The notes beneath the pieces are model-generated. The model ran no database searches. It was not told the DNA's origin and was given only the letters and a program-made list of their open reading frames with translations. Below are positions 51,934 through 64,000 of a stretch of DNA of 64,000 bases, piece after piece. The position numbers and the translations under genes were made by a program. Origin of the DNA: Cetorhinus maximus (lineage: Eukaryota); the NCBI RefSeq assembly GCF_964194155.1, contig NC_135887.1:39556001-39620000 (forward strand), in the 5' to 3' direction. The stretch's first letter is position 1. Each line of letters starts with the position of its first letter.

Positions 51934-53710
51934 TGTATAGAAATATTTAGGTTTAATAACTAGCTTGTAGTTTAGTTATGCGTAATGGTCAAGCAATCAA
52001 AGTACGTTAATCAATTAACCCAACAAAATATTTTGCTGAATTGTAATCAATATAGGACTAGGCCCTTGTTAAAAGCCAAAATCCACACTTGACAAGTGAG
52101 AGACACCACACAAACCCAAACCAGTGCTGTGAAATCAGTCAAGGCTGATTAGATTAGAATGTAGAGCTGTTGTACTTCCTAGCAATTGAAACTTGCCAGT
52201 TTGTATTCCCTGAGATTCTAAAGGCTATTGTGTGAATTAAAGTAACTGTAAGGTTCTAAATAATTAGTCCTATTTCCTGTGAACTAACGTAGTCGTTTTA
52301 ACTTGTAGCATTGTAAATATGTAACCATCTTTGGCTCTACAAGCTTGGAGTTAAGCTTGTAGATCTGTAATCAGTTCCTATAGATATATACTCACAGATA
52401 CTCATTGCTACTCTTATCCTTTTTCATATACTTGTAGAAGCTCTTACTGTCTGTTTTTATATTTCTTGTAGTTTTCTGTTATACAATTTCTCGCTCTTCT
52501 ATTAATGTTTTAGTCATCTTTTGCTAGTTTCTCATAGATATAAATGTATTTCCATCCATTGTTTTATCTCCACCTTTTAGCCTATTTCGATCCCTTCCTT
52601 TCACCCCACCCCACCCCCACTAGGGCTGTTTGTACCTTGCTTGTTCTGCTTTCTACCCTTAATTAGCACATTCCTTAGATAATATCACCACCTTCAACAC
52701 CTCTTTGTCCCTTTGTCTATGACATCTTCTGGCTATCTCCACCTATCACTGGCCCTCTATCCAGCTCTACTTGTCCCATCCCGCCCCTTAAACCAGCTTA
52801 TATTTCACCTCTTTTCTATTTTTCCTTAGTTCTGTTGAAGAGTCACACGGACTCGAAACGTTAACTGTATTCCTCTCCGCAGATGCTGCCAGACCTGCTG
52901 AGTTTTTCCAGGTATTTTTATTTTTGTTTTTGTCTCATAGACATATAATTCTTGTGATTTTTATTCTTTATGAACATATAATGTATCAGGCTGTATCTTG
53001 TATCCGTAGCTTGTTACCTTAAGTTTAACACACCAGTCTTCTCTATAGATGATTATTACATGTATTTATGTAGACTTTACGTAACCTCTTTAACTTCTAA
53101 TTTCTGTAAGGCTATGCACCACTCTGTACTCTTACTATTTTTAAATTAACTTGTACAAAGCACAGGCAGATAAGAATTCTACAAAACGCCTTGACATCAA
53201 TTAAACATTAATGAGCCCAGATGTTAACCAGTGGTGCTAGACACAACGCCCTCTTATCTCGAATAAGCAAACACTGAAACTAAAAGCAGACACCGAAACT
53301 ACCTTAAAGCCCATTATCTCAGTGGGAAGTCACAAAATTTAATAAGACAACAGGAAAGGCTATAATGAAAGAAATAGCCCTTTGAGTAATTAACACAATA
53401 GATGATCGTGCAGCACCTAAACCAATCAGAATTCAAAAACAGGGCTAATCATGCACGTGGGTTGCCGTTTGAAAAGAGTTAAAAAGCACTAGCTTTGAAT
53501 TATCAAGCACACTGAATTTGAAGGTTGAGCTGAAGACTGCTTTCCAGCTGGAAGCAGAAGACCATAAAACTGACCAAGAGAGAGAGATCACGTGTTGTCT
53601 TATGCCATAGACTGAATTGGGAAGCAAGAGCTGTTTTGAGCCAGTAAAGTCGCTGCCCTAACATGTTAAGTATAGTTTTGTGTTGTTTAATAAACGTTTC
53701 CTGAGTTACA
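51934..53710. mobile_element. Possible LTR with internal insertions
   Basis: Starts TGTATAG exactly where the CR1 stops, ends ...GTTACA, AATAAA at ~53689. No TSD seen. Confidence 0.35.
52545..52933 (+). mobile_element. Penelope-like 3' terminal fragment
   Basis: Same terminal sequence as 29440-29810 (ggactcgaaacgttaactg...agatgctgccagacctgctgagtttttcca); tctcataga appears on both sides. Confidence 0.7.
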
Positions 53711-53779
53711 TCACCAGGTTGTCTCCTTTGCCTGATTGGTTGAAGTCTGTAAAGAACAAGTTAATGTTGAGTGAGTGCA

Positions 53780-55926
53780 GGCTTTCAGATTTGGAAGTTA
53801 CATGCCTCCAAAAATGTACAAGTGACTGCAGAGACATGTGATGCATCCCCCTAAGGAGTAGGAGCAGTACTATTTCACAAAATGGATGACGGCATGGAGA
53901 GGACAATAGGCTATGTATCCAGGATGCTTATCACAGCTGAAAAAGGATATTCTCAGATTGAAAAGGAAGGTCTGGAGATTATTTTTGACATTAAAAAATT
54001 TCACCAATACATCAAGGGCAACACTTCACGATAGTATCAGACCGCAAATCACTTTTGGTTCTGTTTAGTGAGGAAAAGACTATACCTCCCATAGCCTCCT
54101 CAAGAATACAAAGATGGGCCCTGATTTTGGAAGCATATGAATACATCTTTGTACAAAGACCAGGGATTTATATAGCAAATGCCGGTGCCCCGAGTCACCG
54201 TCTTTTGCAAGAGAACGATGAACATGTCCCAGTTCCACAGGAACTCGTCTTAGTGATGAATTTTCTAGATTCCTCGCCAGTCTGTGCCAGGCAGATAAGA
54301 AACTAGACAAATCGTGATCCAGTCCTGTCTCGAGTGAGACACCAAGTGTTATATGGTTGGTCCCAGGAACCAGTCTCTGATGAATTAAAGCCGTTCTTCA
54401 ACCAAAGACATGAGATGAGCAGTCAAGATGGCGTTCTATTATGGGGTTCCACGGATAGTGGCTCCCCCACAGGGAAGGGAACCACTCTTAGTAAAGCTAC
54501 ACAGTGCCCATCCAGGGATCTCCCGAATAAAGACCACAAAGTTATCTTTGGTATCTGGGGATGGACGGCGATATTGAAAATGTGGTAAAACATTGTGTTT
54601 AGTGTCAGCAGCTACAAAAGTTGCCAGTGGCAGCCCAATACACCCATGGGAGTTGCCTGGTAGACCCTGGGTGCAATTGCATATTGACTACTTTGGTCCT
54701 TTCCTCGGAACCATGTTTCTCCTGATTGTAGATGCTCATTCCAAGTGGTTAGACGTTTAAGAGGTAAAGTCGCCAATGTTGGGTGCTACTATAGAAAAAC
54801 TACGCCACAGCTTTGCCATCCACGGATTGCCAGAGGTGGTCATCCCGGATAATGGCACTGCATTCATGAGTGCTGAGTTACAACGATTTATCAGCATCAA
54901 TGGTATCAACCATGTGAAGACTGAAGGTCCGTCATTGAACAGACTGGCGGAAAGGGCTGTACAAACTTCTAAGGCGGGAATGAAAAAGTTAACAGGTGAT
55001 TCGATGGAGACCACACTTGCTCCACTTTCTATTCTACTACAGAACAACACCTCACACGACGACAGCAGCCACGCCTGCAGAATTACTGATGAGGCGCCAT
55101 CTTCAGACAAGACTGAGCCTAATACTTCCCAATTTGGAGGGGAAGGTGGAGAAAAGTCAAGGGAACCAAAAAGCGACTCATGATTGGCATAGTCGTGAGC
55201 GACAATTTACAGTTGGAGAAGCACTTTATGTCAAGACTTTTGGTGGATGACCAAAGTAGTTACCTGGTAAAGTAAGTTCAGTGACCAGGGCCATTGTTGT
55301 ACCACGTGTAAGTGGAGGGCCGGATCACCTGTAAGCATGTGGATCATTTAAGAAAAAGAGAGATAACACCACAAGATATTGTTCCATTTGTAACCATTAC
55401 AGAACCATTGATTACTGTTGAAGATGCTCAACCAAGGACAGGTATGCCCGATGTCTCTGTCAGAGTGGAAGACACTGAACTCCATTTGCCTAATGAATAC
55501 TGATGTTAATGTGGTTCCAGAGAATGTGTTTCCTACAAAAGAACCTGAAGTCGTGGAGCTGCGACATTCCACACAGATCAGGAAACCACCTGAAAGATGG
55601 AACTTGTAATTTCATGACCTTTGTAAATATTATAATGTCATGAGATAAATATTCTTGTAAATACAAAATGTACAGAAAAGTTAAAGGGGGAGGAATGTAG
55701 TAATTATAGTTTTGGGAAATGTTGGACTGTAGCTTTAAGAATAATCCTGTGATGTAAAATCACATGATCTATGTAAACAATGTGTAAACAGCGTGAGGAA
55801 CCTCTACAGGAGAGAGTATTTTTTAGTTACAGAGTTTGTTGGGCACGCGTAGTTGCCACTGCTGCCTTGTAAATAAAACCAAATGTTTCCACTAAGAAAA
55901 GCTGTCTGAAGATCTACTCTATAACA
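53780..55926 (+). mobile_element. Decayed Ty3/Gypsy retrotransposon: RNase H, integrase, PPT and 3' LTR (55696-55926)
   Basis: DASP*GVGAVL, YSQIEKEGLEIIF, SRIQRWALIL, LIVDAHSKW, HGLPEVVIPDNGTAF and FLFYYRTTPHTTT motifs. PPT aaagggggaggaa is followed by TGTAG...TAACA with AATAAA. Confidence 0.88.
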
Positions 55927-56028
55927 TTTTTTCAATACTTGTAAGTATGCATTGGCATATACTCCAAGCACTATGTCTGAGCTTTTTCTTAAATCTTATA
56001 AAGTCAGCTTCCTCCTGACTGAACTCAC

Positions 56029-56118
56029 CAGCTGCCTAACCTGCTTGCTGTCCTGATCTGACCCTGTGACCTGAGTTTGTACAACAAGATCCACTTGCCC
56101 CAGAGGTTCTAGAGAAGT
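56029..56118 (-). CDS. TSPOAP1: TSPOAP1 exon: (TSL)EPLGQVDLVVQTQVTGSDQDSKQVRQL; acceptor at 56118 or 56108
   Basis: Strong donor CAG CTG|gtgagt in phase 0 with the next exon. C-terminal KQVRQL resembles recalled EQRVQQL. Two AGs lie 10 nt apart, so the start is uncertain. Confidence 0.7.
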
Positions 56119-56279
56119 CTGTTGTCACTTACAAGGATAACCCTGGATGCACTGATGATGTTCAAACTGTGGGCTAACAAATATTGAAAAATAAGTCAGT
56201 CAGTATGTAAGCCAGTCTCCCCGCAACACAGTTCATTAACCAGAAAGATAATCATCGTGTTCACTGAAGCACATTTTTA

Positions 56280-56612
56280 AAAAAAATTTGTTTAAGGATG
56301 CGGGTGTCGCTGGCTAGGCCAGCATATATTGCCCATCCCTAATTGTCCTTGTTCAGATGACATTTAAGAGTCAACCACATGGCTGTGGGTCTGGAGTCAC
56401 ATGTAGGCCAGTCAGGACATTAGTGAACCAAATGGGCTTTTACAACAAACGACAATGGTTTCATGGTCATCATGAGACTTTTAATTCCAGATTTTTATTG
56501 AATTCAAATTTCCTTATCTGCCTTGGTGGGATTCGAACCCAGGACCCAGAGCATTACCCTGGGTCTCTAGAATACCAGTCCAGTGACATTACCACTATAC
56601 CACCCCCTCCCA
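56280..56612 (-). mobile_element. tRNA-derived SINE with internal deletions, same family as 44961
   Basis: Minus-strand head ggtggtatagtggtaatgtcactggact...gggttcgaatccca; LINE-A-type tail. Confidence 0.72.
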
Positions 56613-56662
56613 TAGGAGGCTCACACAAGCCTGAAAATTTCTTTCATCCATAATGGCCAATG

Positions 56663-58500
56663 AAACATAGAAACTAGGAGCGGGAATAGGCCATTCAGCC
56701 CTTCAAGCCTGCTCCGCCATTCATTATGATCATGGCTGACATCCAACTCAATAGCCTACTCCTGCTTTCTCCCCATATACTTTGATCCCTTTCGCCCCAA
56801 GAGCTATATCTAACTCCTTCTTGAAAACATACAATGTTTTGGTCTCAACTACTTTCTGTGGTAACGAATTCCACAGCTCACCATTCTCTGGGTGAAGAAA
56901 TTTCTCCTCATCTCAGTCCTAAATGGTCTACCCCATATCCTCAGACTGCGACCCCTGGTTCTGGACTCCCCCATCATCGGGAACATCCTTCCTGCATCTA
57001 CCCTGTCTAGTCCTGTTAGAATTTTATAGGTTTCTATGAGATCCCCCCCTCATTCTTCTGAACTCCAGCGAATATAATCTTAATCGACTCAATCTCTCCT
57101 CATATGTCAGTTCCGCCATCCCAGGATTCAGTCGGGTAAACCTTCGCTGCGTTCCCTCTATAGCAAGTCCATCCTTCCTCAGATAAGGAGACCAAAACTG
57201 CACACAATATTCCAGGTGTGGTCTCACCAAGGCCCTGTACAATTGCAACAAGGCATCCCTGTTCCTGTACTCGAATCCTCTGGCTATGAAGGCCAACATA
57301 CCATTTGCGTTCTTTACTGCCTGCTGCACCTGCATGCTTATCTTCAGCGACTGGTGTACAAGGACACCCAGGTCTCGTTGCACATTCCCCTCTCTCAATT
57401 TATAGCCATTCAGATAATAATCTACCTTCCTGTTTTTGCTACCAAAATGGATAACCTCACATTTATCCACATTTATACTGCATCTGCCATGCATTTGCCC
57501 ACTCACTCAGCTTGTCTAAATCACACTGAAGCATCTCTGCATCCTCCTCACAGCTCACCCTCCCACCCAGCTTTGTGTCATCTGCAAATATGGAGATTTA
57601 CATTCAATTCTCTCATCTAAATCATGCGGTACCCCACTAGTCACTGCCTGCCATTCGGAAAAAGACCCATTTATTCCTATTCTTTGTTTCCTGTCTGCCA
57701 ACCAGTTTTCTATCCATCTCAATACACTACCCCCAATCCCATGCGCTTTAATTTTACACGCCAATCTCTTATGTGGGACTTTGTCGAAAGCCTTCTGAAA
57801 GTCCAAATAAACCACATCCACTGGCTCCCCCTCATCAACTCTACTAGTTACATCCTCGAAAAATTCGAGTAGATTTGTCAACCATGATTTCCCTTTCATA
57901 AATCCATGCTGACTCTGTCCGATTCAGCCACTGTTTTCCACATGCTCAGCTATTAAATCTTTTATAATGGACTCTAGGATTTTCCCCACTACCGACGTCA
58001 GGCTGACCGGTCTATAATTCCCTGTTTTCTCTCTGCCTCCCTTTTTAAATAGTGGGGTTACATTAGCTACCCTCCAACCTGTAGGAACTGTTCCAGAGTC
58101 TATAGAACCTTGGAAGATGACCAACAATGCATCCACTATTTCTAGGGCCACTTCCTTAAGTACTCTGGGATGTAGATTATCAGGACCCGGGGATTTATCG
58201 GCCTTCAATCCCATCAATTTCCCTAACACCATTTCCCTACTAATACTGATTTCTTTCAGTTCCTCCCTCTCATGAAACCCTGTGTTCCCCAACATTTTTG
58301 ATATGTTATTAGTGTCCTCCTTTGTGAAGACAGAACCAAAGTATGTATTTAGTTGGTCAGCCATTTCTTTGTTCCCCATTATAAATTCCCCTGTTTCTGA
58401 CTGTAAGGGACCTACATTTGTCTTCACCAACCTTTTTCTCTTCACATACCTATAGAAACTTATACAGTCAGTTTTTATGTTCCCTGCAAGCTTACTCTTG
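56663..58500 (-). mobile_element. Relatively young CR1 (family B) ORF2 RT and 3' tail
   Basis: Long open segments: DKSPGPDNLHPRVLKEVALEI, YLDFQKAFDKVPH, YRALVRPHLEYCVQFWSPY; a few frameshifts and one deletion. Confidence 0.9.
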
Positions 58501-58813
58501 AATGAGTCAGTACACAAGCAAAATATGCTGGAAATCGGAAATAGGAATAGAAAATGCTGGAAATACTCAGCAGGTCAGGTGGCATCTGTGAAGAGTGAAA
58601 CAGAATTAACATTTCAGGTCGATGACCTTTCACCAGGACTGGCTTAATATATTTTCTCTGCATTTTAGCGGGGTGTTCTATTGGTTTTATTACTCCCATA
58701 AAGTTCAATCAGACTGATGCCCTCCATGTTCTAGTGCTTTCATCTCAGCAACAAGATACAAACAGTTAAGGGTGGGGTTTTCATCCTAGAGGTGGGTAGT
58801 GGGAGTTGGGAAA

Positions 58814-58937
58814 TTTCCTGGGGGTGCAGCTGTTTCAACAGGCTAATAGTTATGGGCTCTCAGCCAAGCCTCATTATGTATTTTGGCTGAGAGCCCAGAC
58901 ATCCATTAGTCTGCTGAAACAGTTTTGTCCTGGGAAA
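58814..58937. repeat. ~124-nt imperfect inverted repeat (hairpin)
   Basis: gggctctcagccaa / ttggctgagagccc is a perfect 14-bp stem; ctgtttcaacaggctaat / attagtctgctgaaacag forms an outer stem. Confidence 0.85.
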
Positions 58938-59004
58938 ACATGGCTTGATTGACAGCTCTTCCTCTGTGATGTATTCTGTCCACTACACAATGTTTATTTA
59001 CACA

Positions 59005-59940
59005 AGGTAATGTGGGGGGTTGGATTAGTAAATTTGCATGACACAAAGATTGGCCAGATGGTTAACAGTGAGGTTGAGTGTCTTGGGCTACAGGAAGATA
59101 CAGACGGGATGGTCATATGGGCAGATAAGTGGCAGATGGAAATTAACTCTGAAAAGTGTGAGGTGATACACTTTGGAAGGAGTAATTTGACAAGGAAGTA
59201 TTCAATGAACGGCATGACACTAGGAAGTTCTGAGGAACAAAGGGACCTTGGCGTGTGTGTCCATAGATCTCTGAAGGCAGAGGGGCATGTTAGTGGGGTG
59301 GTGAAAAAGGCATATGGAACACTTGCCTTTATCAATCAAGGCATAGATTACAAAAGTAGGGAGGTCATGTTGGAGTTGTATAGAACCTTGGTGAGGCCAC
59401 AGCTGGAGTACTGTGTGCAGTTCTGGTCGCCATATTATAGGAAGGATGTGATTGCACTGGAGGGTGTGCAGAGGATATTCACCAGGATGTTGCCTGGGAT
59501 GAAACATTTATGTTATGAAGAGACGTTGGATAGACTTGGGTTGTTTTCGTTGGAGCAGAGAAGACTGAGGGGCGACCTGATCGAGGTGTACAAGATTATG
59601 AGGGGCATAGACAGGGTGGATAGGGAGCAGCTGTTCTCCTTAGTTGAAGGGTCAGTCACAAGGGGACATAAGTTCAAGGTGAGGGGCAGGAGGTTTAAAG
59701 GGGATGTGAGGAAATTAACAGAGGGTGGTGACGGTCTGGAATGCACTGCCTGGGAGGGTGGTGGAGGCGGGTTGACACATCCTTTAAAAAGTACCTGGAT
59801 GAGCACTTGGCATGTCATAACATTCAAGGCCATGGGCCAAGTGTTGGTAAATGGGATTAAGTAGGTAGGTCAGGTGTTTCTCACGTGTCAGTGCAGACTC
59901 GATGGGCCAAAGGGCTTCTTCTGCACTGTGATTCTGTGAA
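59005..59940 (+). mobile_element. CR1 (family B) 3' fragment with a long open ORF2 C-terminus
   Basis: WADKWQMEINSEKCEVIHFG, ELYRTLVRPQLEYCVQFWSPY and RRLRGDLIEVYKIM motifs; 3' tail. Confidence 0.88.
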
Positions 59941-62063
59941 GTGCTTGCAGTTTGAGCTATTGATACTTCAAAGGATCTGGATGATTCACACTTGTAGGTA
60001 AAGCATTTTTTTTAAAGGAAGTAGAAAGTTACGAATCAGTTTTTCTTTAATCTTACACATGCTATTGTTACTGTACAGTTCAGAGGTTCTGTATGGCGTA
60101 TATATTGGATGAATGGGCATGTAAGTGCTATAGGTTGGCATGGAAGGTATGAGGGGTCATGGGCGAGTGGGTGGAGGGGCACAGGTTGACATGGAGGGTA
60201 TGAGGGACAATGGGGGTGGGTGGAGGGGCATTATTTGGCAAGGAGAGTATGAGGGTGCATAGGAGCAGCTGGAGGTGCATAGCTTGGCATGGAGGGTAAA
60301 AGGGTAATGGGGGCAGGTAAATGGACACAGGTTGGCAAGGGAGCATGTGTAAGACTTTTTGAATTTACCTTTGAAAAGGTTCCCTCATCCATACTATGGT
60401 TCTGGGGGGCCCATGAACCATGACTCCTTGAAAAGCCAGCCTAACTCCATGAAATTTGGAGAGGGCTATGAGATGCCTATCCCCACAATGCAGTCAGCAA
60501 GGTCAGGAGTTCAGGGTGCAGGGTAATGGCCTGCATTGGACCACACCCTTATCCCATGCTGCTGAAAATTGAGGGTGCCAGGAATGGAGCCGGGAATTCT
60601 GGAATAGGGTCCCGACGCCATTCTTAAAGGTCCACGGAGCCTCCCCAAATCTGCGAAAATCCAGCCCTTACTCTCAGCATTTAAAATGTTCAATATTTTT
60701 TGAAAATTCATAAATTTGAAAGGAATTAAGGTTTCCCTACTTTCAGGAAAAAAGGAAAACATAAAACTGTTCGAGTGAATGAACAAATTTAACGGTAACC
60801 AAAAAAATAGTAACTGATGGCCAAATATTTGCTATCTAGGTGGGACATTTCCTGACTTGCCAGACCCACCTCAGTTAAAAAGTACCCCGAATTCCACAAT
60901 TTTAGCTCTGGCTGGGGTTTGTTGAGGGTTGGAGTCAGGTCTGCTGACTGCAGAAGCAGAGCGTAAGCAACCACGGGGGAAGGTGACTTGCAAGGCGGGC
61001 TGGTTAGAAGGCCTGTCTCAGTTCTGTGGGACTTTGCCTCAGTTATTTCAATTGCTGTTGGTTCCTCTAGCCCTCACCCCTCACCCACTGTGGCCTCTCA
61101 TACTCTACATGTCACCTGCATGCCAAATCAATGCCAACTCATGCCTCCAGCACCCTATGGCCCCTCATACCTTCCATGCCACCTCCTTAACCACTCACCC
61201 AGTATCCATCATGCACAGACCTTGGCAACCATGTGGAGATGAAAAGAAATTCAACTTCTAATAATCTAATATGGTTCTCAATCCAACACACTTTATAGCG
61301 AAAAAACTCCCATTCATAAAATTCACTCAAAGCTTTTAAATCTATCAAGTGGTTAATTGTTTTTAAAAACAAACTTTTATTCAGACTCAAAGTCAACTAA
61401 TCCTTAATAGCCTCTTTAAACTGTCAATCAAACTGTGAACTCAGAAAATGCTGCTGAGATAATTGTAGCTTTTGAAACTCAGCCAACTATTCATAATGAT
61501 GTAATAAAAGCCCTTGGGGAAATGTCAAATAACTCTATTGAAACTGCCTGAACAGATTATATTTTTTTCTAATCTGCAGCAGGTAGCCTGTCAATCAAAG
61601 CAGTCCAAGCAGAGATTTAAAAAAAACTCTCAGTGACATCAGCAGCCTATTTTTTCCAAGTTTAATTAGGAGGTGATTTTAAGGACTTCACAGCGTGTCT
61701 GTTATACAGATCTTCTCTGCCCTTCAAGAGTGTTTATGTTTACATGGCACTCCCTCAATTTCTGACTGCCTCACTGCAAGTTAGGGCCCATACAACAAAT
61801 TGAGATCTGTTTGAAATGGGGGCAGGACCTCTGCATCAGAATCTCACCCACAATTTTTAAAGGTAGTCAGAGAGTTCCCAACTCCAGCCCTGAGTGTTGT
61901 GTGCCCCACATAAAGGGATAACTTAAAACACATACAAAGATAAAATCAGTTAAGGCTTCAACTAGGTGGTTCATCCACAGGAAAATAGTGTAACAGACTT
62001 CATCAGTGCAGTAACTTGTGTCTGCACTAGAACATCCTCTGATTCTATAACTGAGGAACTCAC

Positions 62064-62102
62064 TAGTGTGTTAGTGATTGAGTTCATTGCTTGGTCATGC
62101 AT
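62064..62102 (-). CDS. Candidate 39-nt TSPOAP1 exon, MHDQAMNSITNTL
   Basis: Branch-like tactgac, then ttttgatag|ATG CAT ... ACA CTA|gtgagt. Only phase 0 is open, which matches the 56118 acceptor. No recognisable homology. Confidence 0.4.
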
Positions 62103-64000
62103 CTATCAAAAGTCAGTAAGTGACTAGAGCTCCTCCACACCAGAGGTGAATAAGTGATGACCATGGAACAGAGAGATCTTCTCCTTCTCACTCTATCTCC
62201 ACCTCCCACCACCAGATGAATGACTTATACCCCAGAAGACATTTTAGAGGCCAGAGGAAATTTGGTACTTGGTGTCATATGGGTCACTGATCCTCTGACA
62301 GCAGTAATTAAACAGTTAGCTGCTTGGCTTTGCAGAATGTCAGAAATCTGCCAAAAGGTCATCAACCTGAAATGTTAACCCAACCTTCCTCTCACCATCG
62401 ATGTTGCCTGACTTACTGAGTGTTTCCAACCATTCCTGTTCTTTATTATCGCATAATACAAAAATATGTGAGTGGTTCACCTGGTCTGCTTAAGGCTGTC
62501 AGAGAGACATCATGTGAGGGGCAGGTGTATTCTAACAGTGAAGAAATGAAAACAACTCTTGGATCACCCCTACAAACGGTGACATAGGGGGAATTTTCTT
62601 GTGTGCCCCAAGTCAAGGGCATGTGGGGCTTGTGGGAGTGTGGAATGAGAGAGAAACTCTTGAACAAGCGGGTTTGCAAGCAGGTTGGCCCGTAAAATTC
62701 CCTGGGTGGTTTTCCTGCCGACCTTGGTTTGTCCACAACTTTATGTGGTATGGCAAGGCCGAGGGTGGCCCATCCGGCCTCAGCCTAATTGAGACAACTT
62801 AAGGGCCACTTTCTGCCTGGCCACAATTTTGGGGCCGGGAAAAGGAATTCAGGGATGGGGGGAGGGGAAAGCACCTCCATCTCTGGCCTCCTTTGCAGAC
62901 CGGGTGCCCAACCCCACCCCACCCCGGGTGCTCCCTCCTTGACTGGCCTTGCCATCATGACCCTCATCCCCCTTTTCCCCGCCAGCTGCCCCCCCAACCT
63001 CCCTTCCTGTTCACACTGAGACACCCTGGACGGGTCTGGCACTCAGGCTGGTGAGACTGCTTGTAGTCCTAGCAGTGGCCACTGCTCCTGGTGGTACTGC
63101 TGGGGTTGCAGAATTTCTGGCAAGTCAGATGGCCAGAAGCTCAATAAGATGTGATTTTCTCCTGAGTGAGGGGGAGTAGTCCCATTTCCAGCTAATTAAC
63201 ACTCTTTGTTAAATGGCTGCGGGACTGTGGTGATTTATTCGGTGGCAGTTTAAAAGACACATGAAGCTGAGAGTGTCAATCTGAGGGGAGAAAAGAAGAA
63301 GCACCACATATGCTGAAAATTTGAAGCAAAATCTGAAACTTGGTTTTGAGGGGGAATTTCAAGGTGGAAAGCTGCAAGGAGGGAGTGAGAAAGAGTAGGT
63401 GTGGGATGCCTGAAAACTCTATAACTGATGGTGGGGTAAAGAAAGGAGGTGCACAGGAGGTCAGTCAAATACATGGAGCTTTTCCCAAGAGATATCAGAC
63501 TGAAGGAAGTAGCAGAAATAGGGTGGTTGCCCCATGGAGGGCTTTATGGAAAAGAATAAAGCCTTGGAATTTAGTGCAGGAGTTTCAGGAGAGATTGGTA
63601 TGGAACTCGGGGGCAAGAATACACTTAAAGACTTCAGAAAGGAAAGCCAAGTTGCGGATGGGGAGGTAATTGAACAAGATTGAGAATGTCACCTTTTTTG
63701 GGTAGACATGGTGATGATAAGTGTTTTAAAGGGAAATGTAATGGTGTCAAAGAAATGGAGAATCATTGACAATGGCAGTTTGCATGGGGCCCAGAAAGGG
63801 GAACTGAGCGAACATACAGTATATAGTGGGAAGTAAATAATAAAACAGGAAGTAGGACTCATGGAGCTGATGAGCTTCAATTAAACAAGAGGAGAGGTGG
63901 GTTAGAAAACACAAAGGGACACAGGGGCATATGTTAACAGACCTTAAATGTTAACTCTGTTTCTCCATCCACATATACTGTCAGACCTGCGGAGTATTTC

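Larger units (their letters stand above)
5766..56118 (-). other. TSPOAP1: TSPOAP1 (BZRAP1/RIM-BP1) gene body, partial; continues beyond both ends of the window
   Basis: Twelve exons splice in frame with GT-AG. The peptide ...STPKSCTTPE/VDTASEVEELD...[68 protein letters not shown]... follows the recalled TSPOAP1 linker and SH3-1 (TPEVDTASEVEEL, ELMDGRRGLVPSNFVERVSDDD) rather than RIMBP2. Confidence 0.88.

Noticed and set aside
59010-59864. 284-aa ORF as a host gene
   Set aside because: It is the CR1 ORF2 C-terminus with a frameshifted end, a 5'-truncated insertion.
1-64000. miR-142, expected near mammalian TSPOAP1
   Set aside because: I did not see its mature sequences on either strand by eye. 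It would lie beyond the gene's 5' end, outside the window.

Overview
This is eukaryotic DNA, most likely from a shark or other cartilaginous fish, judging by its HER1-like CR1 LINEs, SacSINE1-like DeuSINE, Penelope tails and Harbinger/Myb elements. The window is the interior of one large minus-strand gene, TSPOAP1 (BZRAP1/RIM-BP1). I could splice 12 coding exons in frame by hand with canonical GT-AG sites, plus one 39-nt candidate exon. They encode the coiled-coil region, an E/Q/K low-complexity linker, SH3 domain 1 and the first two FN3 repeats. The gene start and end lie outside the window. The introns are mostly decayed transposable elements: two LINE families, SINEs, two solo LTRs with 4-bp TSDs, a GalEa-like copia remnant, a Gypsy remnant with its 3' LTR, Penelope-like pieces, and Harbinger elements/MITEs with 3-bp TSDs. 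Most short ORFs in the track are TE debris or chance. I found no convincing new multi-gene system. The most interesting signals concern RNA processing: a 21-nt microexon surrounded by RBFOX motifs, several exons bracketed by inverted same-family TEs (including a stop-free, symmetric 873-nt exon), a 124-nt hairpin, a coding 12-bp minisatellite and a local inverted duplication. Family names and homologies come from recalled sequence knowledge, not database searches.
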